Shown here: positions 23,700-34,921 of the stretch, one piece after another
Layout: the number at the start of each line of letters is the position of its first letter
How positions within the stretch are numbered: position 1 is the first letter of the stretch
Made by a program: the position numbers and the translations under genes
Assembly (NCBI GenBank): GCA_026914245.1
Contig: CP110439.1
Coordinates: forward strand, 4,030,001 to 4,094,000
Source of the DNA: Puccinia triticina
Lineage: Eukaryota
Length of the DNA stretch: 64,000 nt
Reading direction: 5' to 3'
Notes under the pieces: generated by a model
Databases searched by the model: none
Seen by the model: only the letters and a program-made list of their open reading frames with translations
What the model was told of the DNA's origin: nothing

Positions 23700-26600
23700 C
23701 GTCTATTTAGGAGAATCGATTCTCATTCAGATATATGGCTATGTAATCCGGGCTGTTGGATTCAGACAATCCGGGTATCCGGTCTATCCGCGAACTGAGA
23801 GTTCGCTTTTGAGCTGGCTATCAGCGGACCGAGCGAGCTTTGTAAGAAAGCTTCTCGGATTGTTTGAGCTTCATTGATTGGAATGAAATCAAACAGAGAC
23901 TCTCTAAGTAAAAAAAATTGAAGGACTTCATTTGGACAAGAAGCAGAAGGAGAGCCTCTGATAGAAAGGCCCCTCCATTTGTTGGGCAGCTTTGTAGCCA
24001 GCCAATAAGAGACAATGGCACTGGAGCAAAGCAGAAAATTGGTTAAATTCTCGTGCACCAAGTGCCTCATTCAACCTTTAAACAAGGGTCCCTGTAGGGC
24101 AGCGTTCCCCCTTAACTTTTGGGAAGAGGCTATACACAGTGGTCTTGGTTCCCAGTGCATTTTCTCTTTGTTTGAGTGTCTCAGTCTTCCTCTCATCATA
24201 GCCACCTTGTGCCTAATTGGGCTCCTTTGTTCCAAAGGAAAAAACTCGTCCATAATTTTTCCAATTGCTCATATACCACTGGGCTCCTTCCCAAAATTTT
24301 CATCACTTCTGAGCATACAAATTTCAAGAAGCTTTACCCCCAAGATCCCTATCTGTTGTAGCTTGATGTGTGACAACATATGCAACATGCAGATCTCTGA
24401 TATACATATCTTCTCATTTTCAACTCCAGGCTTGCTAGGTGAGGGGGTCAATCCAGTGCTAGCTCACCTGCAGTTTTTCAAACTGCCTAGTGTGACATAA
24501 AAATTAGCAATATTCAAATCAAAGCCATTGGGGATACTACAAAAAAGGCTACAGAGACATTCACACCCTTTTGCTAAAACTGAACCAAGAATCACATTCC
24601 ACTCAACTCAAATTCCTCAGGTCATCTTAGGCCCTTTTTGGCAGCAATATATGGCAAGCACCATAATGCAACTTCTTGTGACACCTGATCAAGTTTTGGT
24701 GGACTTGATGGGTGCCCACCAGGGGAGACTTTGATGCACTCTCCAGAGAGTGCCAGAGTCTAATTTTATGTTTTTCTGGGTCTGATGTGAGCCAGATGTG
24801 GATTAGGAAATGATTGATAAATTCTTCAGAAGTCAATGGGAAGTGTGTCAGAAGTGATGCAGAATTATCACAGGACCTTGTGCAATGTTGTATAGAACCA
24901 TTTAATTTTCTAAGGATAACTTAATTACAATCTTTCATGAAATCATAGTTAATTAATGCCCAATTATTACTCATTTAAGGTGAATTTCTGTTGATCAATT
25001 TCTCCATGTCAAAGGGGTTCCAAACAACGTCAATGTGACTTGCGGGGGCTTTCATGGCTTTCTGACCAGTTTTTACTTATAATGTAGCTGTGAAAGGCCC
25101 CTCTAGTGATCTGTCACCCTAATGTACGCGCGTACACAAAGGTGACATTGGCAAAGTGGAAAAAAACTCACATGCATGTGCATGGAGACATTGGAAAACA
25201 AACAAACACAAAAACAACTCACAAGGTTATATGTGTCAAGAAGCCAGGACGTCTATCTGAAATCTGGGACCACACACCTCAAAGCTTGACTTGACTCATA
25301 TTTTCACCCTACTTTCATCCTTTTTTGGCTCAATTCTAGATGATACCGGCCTTCTTTAGGGAAATATGCCAATTCAGATGGGCCTTTCACATCATTCTAA
25401 GAGGGGTGTACATGTTGTTGATCTGCGGGAGGCCCAACCTGCAATTTGTAACAAACTTACACAAGCGCACATGACAATTACATTAGCAAAGTGAAAACAA
25501 TGAACAACTTCATGCGCATATAAATAAAATGAATTTAACCCCAATAATTCATCTCAACTAACAAACAGTTCAAATTGAATTATGCATTGATTGTGGCCAT
25601 TGTGTCCTAGTGGTTTCAACCACATTCCAGTTGACTTCTGCATGACTTCTGGATGGTTTATGCATGAATCCAGAATCAGTTTCAGATCATTTGTGGATTA
25701 GTTCCAGAATTTTTCATTAATTCTTACACTACTTTCATCAAAGGCATCCAGCACAGTTACAGAAAAAGGGTACAGTATGGCACTCTCTGGAGAGTGCGTC
25801 AAAATCTCCCCTGGTGGCCACACAAGATTTCATGCAAAAGTTAAATTATTACACTCACAATATAATGCTAACAAACAGGGCCTTGCTCTCTATTTGCCAA
25901 AACTCCATTCAGCCAGCTGATATCACTGTTTTCATATTTTGGATGGCAATATTTCCCCCTTGCCACTGTCAGCTAGTTTGGACACTTGAAATTCCTGTAC
26001 AGCAATTTTGGCTGGCTATAGATCATTTCTAAGGTGAAAATAAATCTGAATCAAGCTCAATTAATTTGCCTTTTATTTTTTCTGTGATTATCCTGTGGAA
26101 ATCTATAAAGGTTTGGAAAAATGACTCCCAAAAATTGAGAAACAACCCCTGAAAGTTTATTCACGCCCTGCTGACCTGTGGCCAACCCCTCCCTGATACC
26201 TCCACACTGTGTTATGCTACACTATATTACACCATGATGTGTTATGATACCCTATTTTATTCAGGGTGGAAGGGGTAAGCAACTCCCAAAAACCCCGTGA
26301 ACCAAAAGGGGGCCCGGCTGGACTTTGGGGAGGGGTTGGCTGCAGCTCCACGGGGCGTAAGGAGACTTTTGCAAGTTGTTTCCCAATTTTTGGGAGTCAT
26401 TTTTCCAAGCCCCAATTTATATCCATGAGGCTCATGAGAATAAAAGGTTTACTGGAAAAATTTCAGAGAGCCACAATTTGTTTGGAATATAAATGTAATT
26501 TCAAACGGAAATCTATTCCAAGAGGATCTAGATGTTAAGCTACACCCAAATCAGTTAAACTTTTGCAATTATTCTAGTCTAAGAGGCTCTAACTTGAAGC

Positions 26601-27700
26601 AAATCATGAATTTCCTGTAGATATTGATGGTAATTCTTTTGTTGTATCTTTGAAAGAAGAACTTTGATCTTTTTCATTGCTATTTTATTCATGTATGGTT
26701 AAAATAAACCATATGTTTCTCAGGCTTGTGCACTTTCTCATTTGTTTTGGGAAATTTAAAATGTGAAATATACACACATCAATTTAGCCTCTGTTTCCAG
26801 ATTGTTAATTTTCTTCAAACCTTCCTCTGATATTTTGTTTGTGATGGTTGAACTTGTTCTGAAAGGATTGAGGGTGGATATAATAAGAAAAACTGGCCCC
26901 TCATTCAGACATCTGGAAAAGAAAAGAAAAGACTCACATTGTTGGATTCCTCAGTTCCAAGCCATAAACACATTTGAGTGGAACTAAATCTGAAGTAATT
27001 TCCCCTTCCTGTTTCAAAGCACCACCATTAGAAAGCTTAATGGAGGCTCTAAGTTATACAAAAAAATGATCCATTATAGCCATTTAAATTATGTCAATTC
27101 CTTCATTAGTTTGTCTGGAAATATGCATTACTATTGTGATTCTGAATATTTAAATTAAACTTACTCTGCTATCCCTGAAGCCAACTGCACATATGAGCTT
27201 TTCAATCCAATTTTTGTTGCAATGGCTTCAGTCTCCCTCAGTGCAGCTAAACTGCAGCATCACCAGACAATTTTCAAGTTAGTTAGAGATCTTATTACTT
27301 AAACATATTGTTGTATTAGGGAACCTGTAACTTACTTCTTGTTCTTATCTTGATTGTCTGTGGGGTCGTCTCCTTGAGCAAACACGGGTTGCTTTCCTGG
27401 TCCAGTGGGTGATGCACTATTTGAAAATGTTGGCGAAGGGTTGTTTAAGGTGCTGGCTTAAATTATTGGATTAACTAAGGCAATCTTACTCACAAATTAA
27501 ATCCATTTTTCTCCTGACTATTTTGAGTCATTAATGACGACGGGGTTTTCCTCTCTTCTTTGGGAGCTCCTCTATTGAAATGGAAAAAGTAAGATTTTGA
27601 TATCGAGGTTGGAAGTTGGCCCCAGAATCAGCAAAGTTGTTTGACTAGGATTTGAGTTCCTCCTTCAGACTTACGTGCCATGTGCCGCCTCAACAGTACC
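23700..27700. other. AT-richer degenerate repeat / transposon-relic region
   Basis: No credible long ORFs; visibly few CpG; contains inverted copies (24711-24757 vs 25779-25825; 26090-26170 vs 26350-26430). Confidence 0.45.
26090..26430. mobile_element. Degenerate foldback/MITE-like element
   Basis: TTGGAAAAATGACTCCCAAAAATTG.GAAACAAC near 26112 is the reverse complement of sequence near 26375-26408. Confidence 0.6.
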
Positions 27701-29337
27701 TCTTCACGTAGCAATTAAATTTGTATTATTATCGAGGCTAGAAATCAACGTTATCCGATGATTTTCTGTGAGTTCACGTAGGTTCACTTACTTGGTTTTT
27801 TGTATCCTGTATGGGCGCATCAAGCGGTATTGCAAGTCAGGAAAACCATATCTCTTATCTTTGAAAATTTCTTTGCACACTCACAGCGAAACCGCTCTGA
27901 GCTCCGTGGCATCCAGTGCGCGTTTCCAGACTCCTATCCTGGAACAGTGCGTCGGCGTCTCCGCGATGAGTATCCAAAGTAAGCCAAAAAGAGCCAGCTC
28001 GCCGGGATGCACCAGCATTCGTAACATGCGTTTGCGGCAGCGCTGGAGCGGGTACATATCAAATCAAAAGGGTATTCGAGATGGGAAATATGGAAACAGG
28101 AGATCAGTGACTGGAGGCATGCATATGGCGCTTCTTTGTACACTGAGGCAAAAAGCCTCGCTGAAGGGGATCTGACCTTTCTTTTCGCCTGTGCAATAGG
28201 CCCAATACGGATCGTATTTCGTTACGGGAATGCAAGAAAAGCTGTAGGGCCAGGCAGAGTCGAGTCTCATCGAGCAAGCAGGATTGATGTTTTTGATAAA
28301 ACTAGGGCTGGCGGCTGGCCTCATCAGTGGAACGTGTATTGCGGATAATCCATTAATCATGTTTCTTTGGACCGACTTCGTCTTTGCGGCCTTCCAAGCT
28401 GACCGGTGCCTTGGAAACGCGATGTCAGCGGCGATGCTGTGAATAAGAAAGGTTTCTGTCCGGGCTTTGCTCTGGGTCCGAAGGGTTTGTAGTTTCAATC
28501 CCAGCCCATCAAAGTAGATCAAAGTATCACTCATCCGCCAGAGGCCCGCAAATTCTACACCGGCCGAAGGTAAAGCTGGTGGGAAAGGATTCCGCTGGTC
28601 GTCTTCCCAGTCAATAAACAATTTCCGGTCGGCGGTACTTTTTGCTGTGACAATAATGCCCAGCCAGCTCCATTCAACTCCGTCCTCAGTCTTGGCCCTC
28701 GGTTTCCTTTCGTTTGCCTATCAAACTGGTTCTCTCCTTCTTTGTGCAGAGATTCATACTCGGGATAAAGTTTTCCGTGACGGAGATGTTCGCGTTGGGT
28801 ATCTCAACACCGGACTAAAGACGCAAGCCGGCTGGATATCGAGCGAAGAAACAAAGCTGGGATTCTTGTATGGCCGAGGTCGGCAAGAATCTCCGCCGGC
28901 CGAGAAGGCTGGTTGGCTGCTGGACCATGAGCGTTACGAATTAAGATGACCGCTCGCCAAGACACTGCAGAGATATCCCGAACACTGCAATCAACACCTC
29001 AAGATACTGCATATTTATGCCTGCAGCCTTGTGCTTCGAGTTCTGCTTTGAACACTGCGCACATCAACCATGTCGACACAGCTTCTTCTCAAGCTGCCAG
29101 GGGAAATTGTCTAATACACAGCTCAGTCTTTGGAAGTGTGTATATGAAACTATCGGCCCGGCGGCGCTGGGTGGAATCCGGTCGTTGCGCATACAAACAG
29201 GTGAAATAAATACCATTCTCATCTTGGTGCGTGACTCTCCTCTTTTTAAGCAACCCCCGGACTTCCTCATCCATCCCAGAGTAGGATTACGAATAATTAT
29301 CACTTGAAAACTTGACGTGGGTATAGGATAGTACAAC

Positions 29338-30761
29338 ATGGCAGATAAAAAACCCGATATCGGCTCTCACTCGAAGCCTTACCGGGCGCCACTACTAGAC
29401 TTCAGATCACTCTACCCATTTTCCGACGATTTCGATCCGGGCGCACTCTGGGGATTGCGAAGACTGATAAGGAAAGGGGCGATAAGACTGGTCAAGCTTT
29501 ACTTCTTTATTATCTTCCTAACAGTGGTCGATCTGCTCTTCGTGGGATTCAATCTGATCAGTCCAGCCAGGACTAGTGGGAATGTGATCCCGTTGCCTTT
29601 CAATCCTCATTCGCCACCTCGATTTTTCGATCGTCCTTTTATCTTTGTCATCTGTAAACTGGCACTTTGGCTGGGTCCTCGCGCACCCCAATGGATCCAG
29701 GAATGGTCTCAATGGGATGGCCTACTTCCCGACGGACGCTGGCCAGCAATCGATAGAGATATGGACTTCCAGACTGTTTCCCGTAGTCCTTGTCCTGGGC
29801 TCAACGCCTTAGCCAACCATGGTATGTTGGATTTTTTTTTCTTTCTAACTCGATTTTACTGAAGCATTCCTAAATTTAATTTCCAATCCTTGCTTTCCTC
29901 CATCATTCTTTGATCTCCAAAAAAAGGAATCCTTAATAAATCAGGAGAAAACCTTAACTTTCATCGAATTGCCTCTCGGATTAGCAGGACTTATAACCTC
30001 AGCCCAGCCCTGGCCGTCCAATTACTCTCAGCTGCCTGGCCTCTATTCAAGGACCGAGGGAAGATCGATCTTTACTCCCTAACGACTCATGGTTTGATCG
30101 AACATGATGCCAGTCTACTCCGTCAGTTATTTCTCCCCATTCTTCTTTGTACAGCTCTGTTAAATGACATAAATATGTTGAGTGAGCCTTTTCTTTGCAA
30201 CAACCATTGGTCTCAATAGGTCCTGATCTCAATGAAAGCACTTTGGAAGACCAAACCAAGCCGAACCAAGAATTGATCGAAAAACATTTCCCTAAGCGAC
30301 GAATCCGAAGGACTCGAAAAATCAACAGAGAAAGTGCAAGCGCAGAGGAAGAGGACGAAGAAGAAACAGACAAAATCAGACTCAAGCACCTCGACTTCTC
30401 GAATCTATTGGAAAGGAGGAGAGAGGAATGTAAGATAAAGAATACGAGTTTCCACGACACGTTCTTGTTCAAGTTTTTCGGAAGCGGCAATTGCGCCATG
30501 TTTATCGAAGTCTTTAATGGGGAATTGTCGGATATACGTCCATTTGTCGGCGCCGGTGTTTCTACCAACGGTCGACCCTATCATCACCATCATCGCGATC
30601 TTCCCGATGGACAACCCGAGCATCCAATCGGTTTCATGAATTTAGTCAATCTCGAAGTCTTGCCTCACGACCGTTGGAGACCTTCAAATCTGCACCATCC
30701 ATGGGGCTTAACAATTTTCAAACTTATTTACTCCACTCTAAAAATCGAAGCCAGGACTTGA
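29338..30761 (+). CDS. Heme-thiolate peroxidase (chloroperoxidase/UPO, Peroxidase_2 family), 3 exons (29338-29821, 29927-30121, 30220-30761)
   Basis: RSPCPGLNALANHG (proximal Cys) and LIEHDASLLRPD motifs; both GT-AG introns restore the frame. Confidence 0.88.
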
Positions 30762-31382
30762 GAAGACGAATGAAGAAAACAAAACCAGATGAAAACATGA
30801 GAAATAACTCAATTTCCGCCTTGACTAGTCCGCCATACTGTTTTTCCATTACTTTGCTGTTCCTTATGAAAACGGTATCGACTTTGCTTGTATAAATAGA
30901 GCTGAACAGTTTACGTGTCCAGTGTCTCTTTTTATCTCTTTCTGCTTGCTAACATTTTGACAGTGAGGTAAAACTCTCTGCCGCTTATCAGTACTTGGTT
31001 GACTTGTATTGTGTGGATGCATGTGCTGACACAAATGCTCAAAAAGGTTTCTAGAAGTAACTCTAGACATCTGATCCCCCCTTTTCTCTATGCGCAAAAT
31101 GGCCCTTAGATGCCTTATATATTTACTCACTGAAATGAAATTTTTGAAGGTTGCCTTTGAGAGCATTGGCTTTGGGGTTTGAGCTCACAACAGACAAGGC
31201 TTGCACCGCAGACGGAAGTGTAATGATCAGACAACTATCTTGTGTCTGTGATTCGAATGAATAGTGGACGGTCGGCTGGATTTGCCACCTGTGTAGGTTA
31301 CGTATGCCCTTGTGGGTCAAATTTATCGTATTTATGGTACGACTGGATTTCATAGGCCAAAAATGTAGAACAATGTATGGTT

Positions 31383-32076
31383 TTATACGACCCTCGAGGC
31401 TAGTGACATGATCCGGCCCCAACCCTACACAAAGAGTAAAAGACGAGTCAGTGTGAGAAGGGGTTGAAGGAGATTAAGTGATCTCAACGAATAAAAGTAA
31501 AAACGGGAGGAAGAGAGAGAGAGAACAAGGGGGCTTACCTTTTCTCTTAGCTCAGCAGCCACTACGCCATTGATTTTGGTACCCAACAGCTCTCTCTTGT
31601 TGTTCAAAAGGACGGCTGCATTGTCGTCAAATCGTATTGAGCGACCGTCTGCCCGATTGGTCTCTTTCTTCGTCCGCACAACCACCGCCCGTCGGATATC
31701 ACCCCTGCGCACTTTGTTTGATGCCAATAGGTTCGATGATGATGAGGATGGACCGGATGAGTTTTGGGGAATCGGTCGGGCTCGTTTAATCACACACACG
31801 ATCTCGTCCCCTTTGCCGATCAACATGTACAAAAAAAAGTATCAGAGTTGAATACATCCTGATTGAAAGATGCATTCACATTCTAATGAAAGACGTGTAC
31901 TCACCAATACGGGCATGGCCTTGTCGACCTTTGAACTTGAGGACGTTGATGCATTCAGCTATCAGCCCGCCTGAATTATCGATGATAAGCTGTTGGCGGC
32001 ATAAACATCGTCAAGAAATTTCAATCCCTGATTGTTGGAGTATTGGACTGACCATCCGAGCCTTGAGTCCCAACAT
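31383..32076 (-). CDS. MRPL38: Mitochondrial large-subunit ribosomal protein uL14m (4 exons)
   Basis: MLGLKARM / [17 protein letters not shown]...ARIG / [11 protein letters not shown]...[17 protein letters not shown]...[12 protein letters not shown]...[10 protein letters not shown] / [13 protein letters not shown]. Confidence 0.92.
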
Positions 32077-32337
32077 GTTGAAGCGAAAGTGGTGCAGGTC
32101 GTGAAACCGGTCAATGGAGTGCTTTGGATGCATACAGTGCGTGACATGTGATAAGAATGTGCGCGTGACACCTCTGATGTTCCTCCCACTGCCCAGGCGA
32201 GTCACTCCGGCCGTCAAGCGAGGACGAACTTGACGACGACCAGCAATTTGTGACGCAGACAAGGCGTGCAACAGACAATCGACAAATCATCTCAGAACCC
32301 AGGACGCGCTTGAGAATCGGGGAAACTTGAGAACAAG
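32077..32337. promoter_or_regulatory. Probable bidirectional promoter, 261 bp
   Basis: Divergent start codons of uL14m (32076) and RPB9 (32338). Confidence 0.6.
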
Positions 32338-33464
32338 ATGTCGAGCTTGAAGTTTTGTCGAGACTGGTTAGACTGATTCCATGGCTTTACAAACACCTCG
32401 AATAGTACCCAGAACTAACGTCGATGATCCGCGTCAATTTTTATGGCCGATCAGCGCGAATCTGCTATATCCTCGAGTTGAGTCCGCATTCTTCTCTCCT
32501 CGACCAGCGGGCCATGTGTCAAATGAGGTCTGACGAGAACCTGGGTTTTAAAATATACTGGCAACAACAGGCAGATAAAGTGCACAAAGTCTTAACGTAT
32601 GCCTGTCGGAATTGTGTTTACTTTGAGGAAGCGGCTCAGACGGAGGAAGAACGCGGAGAGAAGTGGCTGGTCTACCGGAATGATCTGATGGCCGAGTCCA
32701 AGTCAGTTGCTCCTGCTCCCCTCGGGTTCAACCCATCAAATCTGACCAACACATACTCGGAGAGATTTCTGAAACCACTGTCATATTGAGCCAGAGAGAC
32801 CGCGGGTGTCACTCAAGATCTCCATACTGATCCGACCCTGGTAAATTATTTCATCAAAACGATTGCTTGAGCTCAAGTCCTACAAATCCTCAGCTTGACA
32901 TTAGAAGCTCATCTCTCCCTCGACATTTTGCATCTGATTTTCCAGCCTAGGTCAAGAATCACATGCCCATATTGTAAGCATCGCGCGGATATCCTCCACG
33001 GGACGTCTGCATATACAATCAAGCTGATAAATATCTTTACGTGGATCGTCTAGGTGAACATCGGGAAGCTGTATTTTTGTTAGTGCATTGAAGCCTCTTT
33101 TGAAAACAAAACCAGGCGGCGTGGAGGTTGACAGCGGACGAGAGTTTTTGTGTCATGACGGGTAATATAGCCAAGACCAATCGAAGCGGAACCTAACAAG
33201 TAAGCCTTCTGTCCATGCAGCATCCACCGAAATCAGCATCATATAGGCAAGTATTGACTAAAGGATGCTGATCCGACTGAATGATTACTGTTGTGTTTCA
33301 TTAGCAATGACATTGTTTTATGTCTGCACGTCTTGCAATAAACCTTTTCAGGTGACTGTTCCAGTCTATCCCTCCTCGACCATTTTCCCTGCCTTCCCAC
33401 TTGATCTGAAGTTTAGCGCGATGCATTTTGGTAGGATCCGATGCTCCAGGGAAATGCGACCTAA
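32338..33464 (+). CDS. RPB9: RNA polymerase II subunit RPB9 (about 9 short exons)
   Basis: MSSLKFCRDC / ANLLYPR / LTYACRNC...VYRNDL / AGVTQDLHTDPTL / PRSRITCPYC / HREAVFF / QDQSKR / MTLFYVCTSC / DPMLQGNAT*; two zinc ribbons. Confidence 0.92.
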
Positions 33465-34079
33465 AGGCCAAGGCATATATTCAATGTTGCTCACATCAAT
33501 TCCCTGGCCAGCTGATACCAACCATGTTAAGTCGGGTATGGGGCTGCAGACTCTCCTGTTCTACACCATTTATTCGTCGTCCATCTCGATTTTAATCATA
33601 TCAGTTAAGCAATAACTGTATCAGAAACGTTTATAGATTGACAAATGTGAAGTGCATTAAAATTTACCCAGAAAGGGACATCAAATTGGGTGATCAGTTC
33701 ATGGACCTGTGACTGGATTTATCATTTTGGCTATATGCTAATATTTTCCCTTTTGCTGAGATTCAAAAATATCGGCGAAAGGGAAACTAAGAGCATCTCC
33801 ACCCGGGGAGGTAAACCGGGTTGCTATCCCGCGTTTACCAACCCGAACCCAAAAAACACCACCCACCCGGGGTGGCAAATGAGTTTCTATTTTGCCTCCG
33901 GAGGTAAAAATCGGCATCGGGTTGCTACATATGGCAACCCGATAGCAACTGGATAGCAACTCCTCCTGGCTCATCCCCCCTCAACACTCATCAACTCAAG
34001 TGCATAGACATGTCATACAACAACCCAAAAGGTAAGTTTTACATCAACAAGTAATAAAAAAAACAAAAATCAACCTATG

Positions 34080-34550
34080 AGAGCTATCAACGACTGTATT
34101 CCAGTCATTGAGAGCTTGACTATCGACGACTGGCTTTACAGGTCATCGAAAGCTTCGCCAGCTATACCGGTCATCAAGAGCCTTACAAAGCTCTTGATGA
34201 CCGGCTCTTGATGACCGGTATAACCGGTTGTCCATAGCTTTGCAAGCTATCGATGACCGGTTCGAGAGCTTGCAAAGCTATGGACGACCAGTTATACCGG
34301 TCATCGAGATATAACTGGTTGTCCATAGCTTTGCAAGCTATCGACGGCTGGATATAACGGTCATCGATAGGTTTGCAAGCAATCGCCGACTGGTTTTAAC
34401 GGTAATCGATAGTTTTGCAAGCTATCGAGGACCGATTATAATGGTTGTCAATAGTTTTCACTCAACGATTGGTCATATCATCAATAGCTTTGCAAGCTAT
34501 CGACGACCGGTTATAATGGTCATGGACGGCTTTGCAAGCTATCAATGACC
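34080..34550. repeat. Degenerate ~39-bp tandem array with palindromic cores
   Basis: Recurring ATAGCTTTGCAAGCTATCG and GATGACCGG/CCGGTCATC motifs. Confidence 0.75.
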
Positions 34551-34573
34551 ATCTACATATATAAGGCTTTTAA

Positions 34574-34921
34574 GAGCATCCGCATCGGTTGCGGATTAAG
34601 GGAAGATTAGCGTAACTAATCCTCCTAGGCAACCGCATCGGGTCCGATTTAATCGGACTAAACTCCTCCCGGGAGTACGATTTGGAGCAAGCGGGAGTAA
34701 AGTTACTCCTCGCTAATCCTGGGAGTAAGCGCTGCATGCAGACACTGCTCCCCACCCAAAAGTGTGCACCAAACACAGCTTACATAAGCTGTAGGTGCAT
34801 ACCACGTACTTACACAGCTTTTTATCCCGCACCGATGCGGTTGCCGGCCGGGACTAGCGCTAATCCGGGAGTAAGCAGATCTGTTACTCCTCGAGTTACA
34901 CCCGCACCGATGCGGATGCTC
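34574..34921. mobile_element. Nested Tourist-like MITE (348 bp), TAA TSD
   Basis: TIR GAGCATCCGCATCGGT...ACCGATGCGGATGCTC; TAA at 34571-34573 and 34922-34924. Confidence 0.88.
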
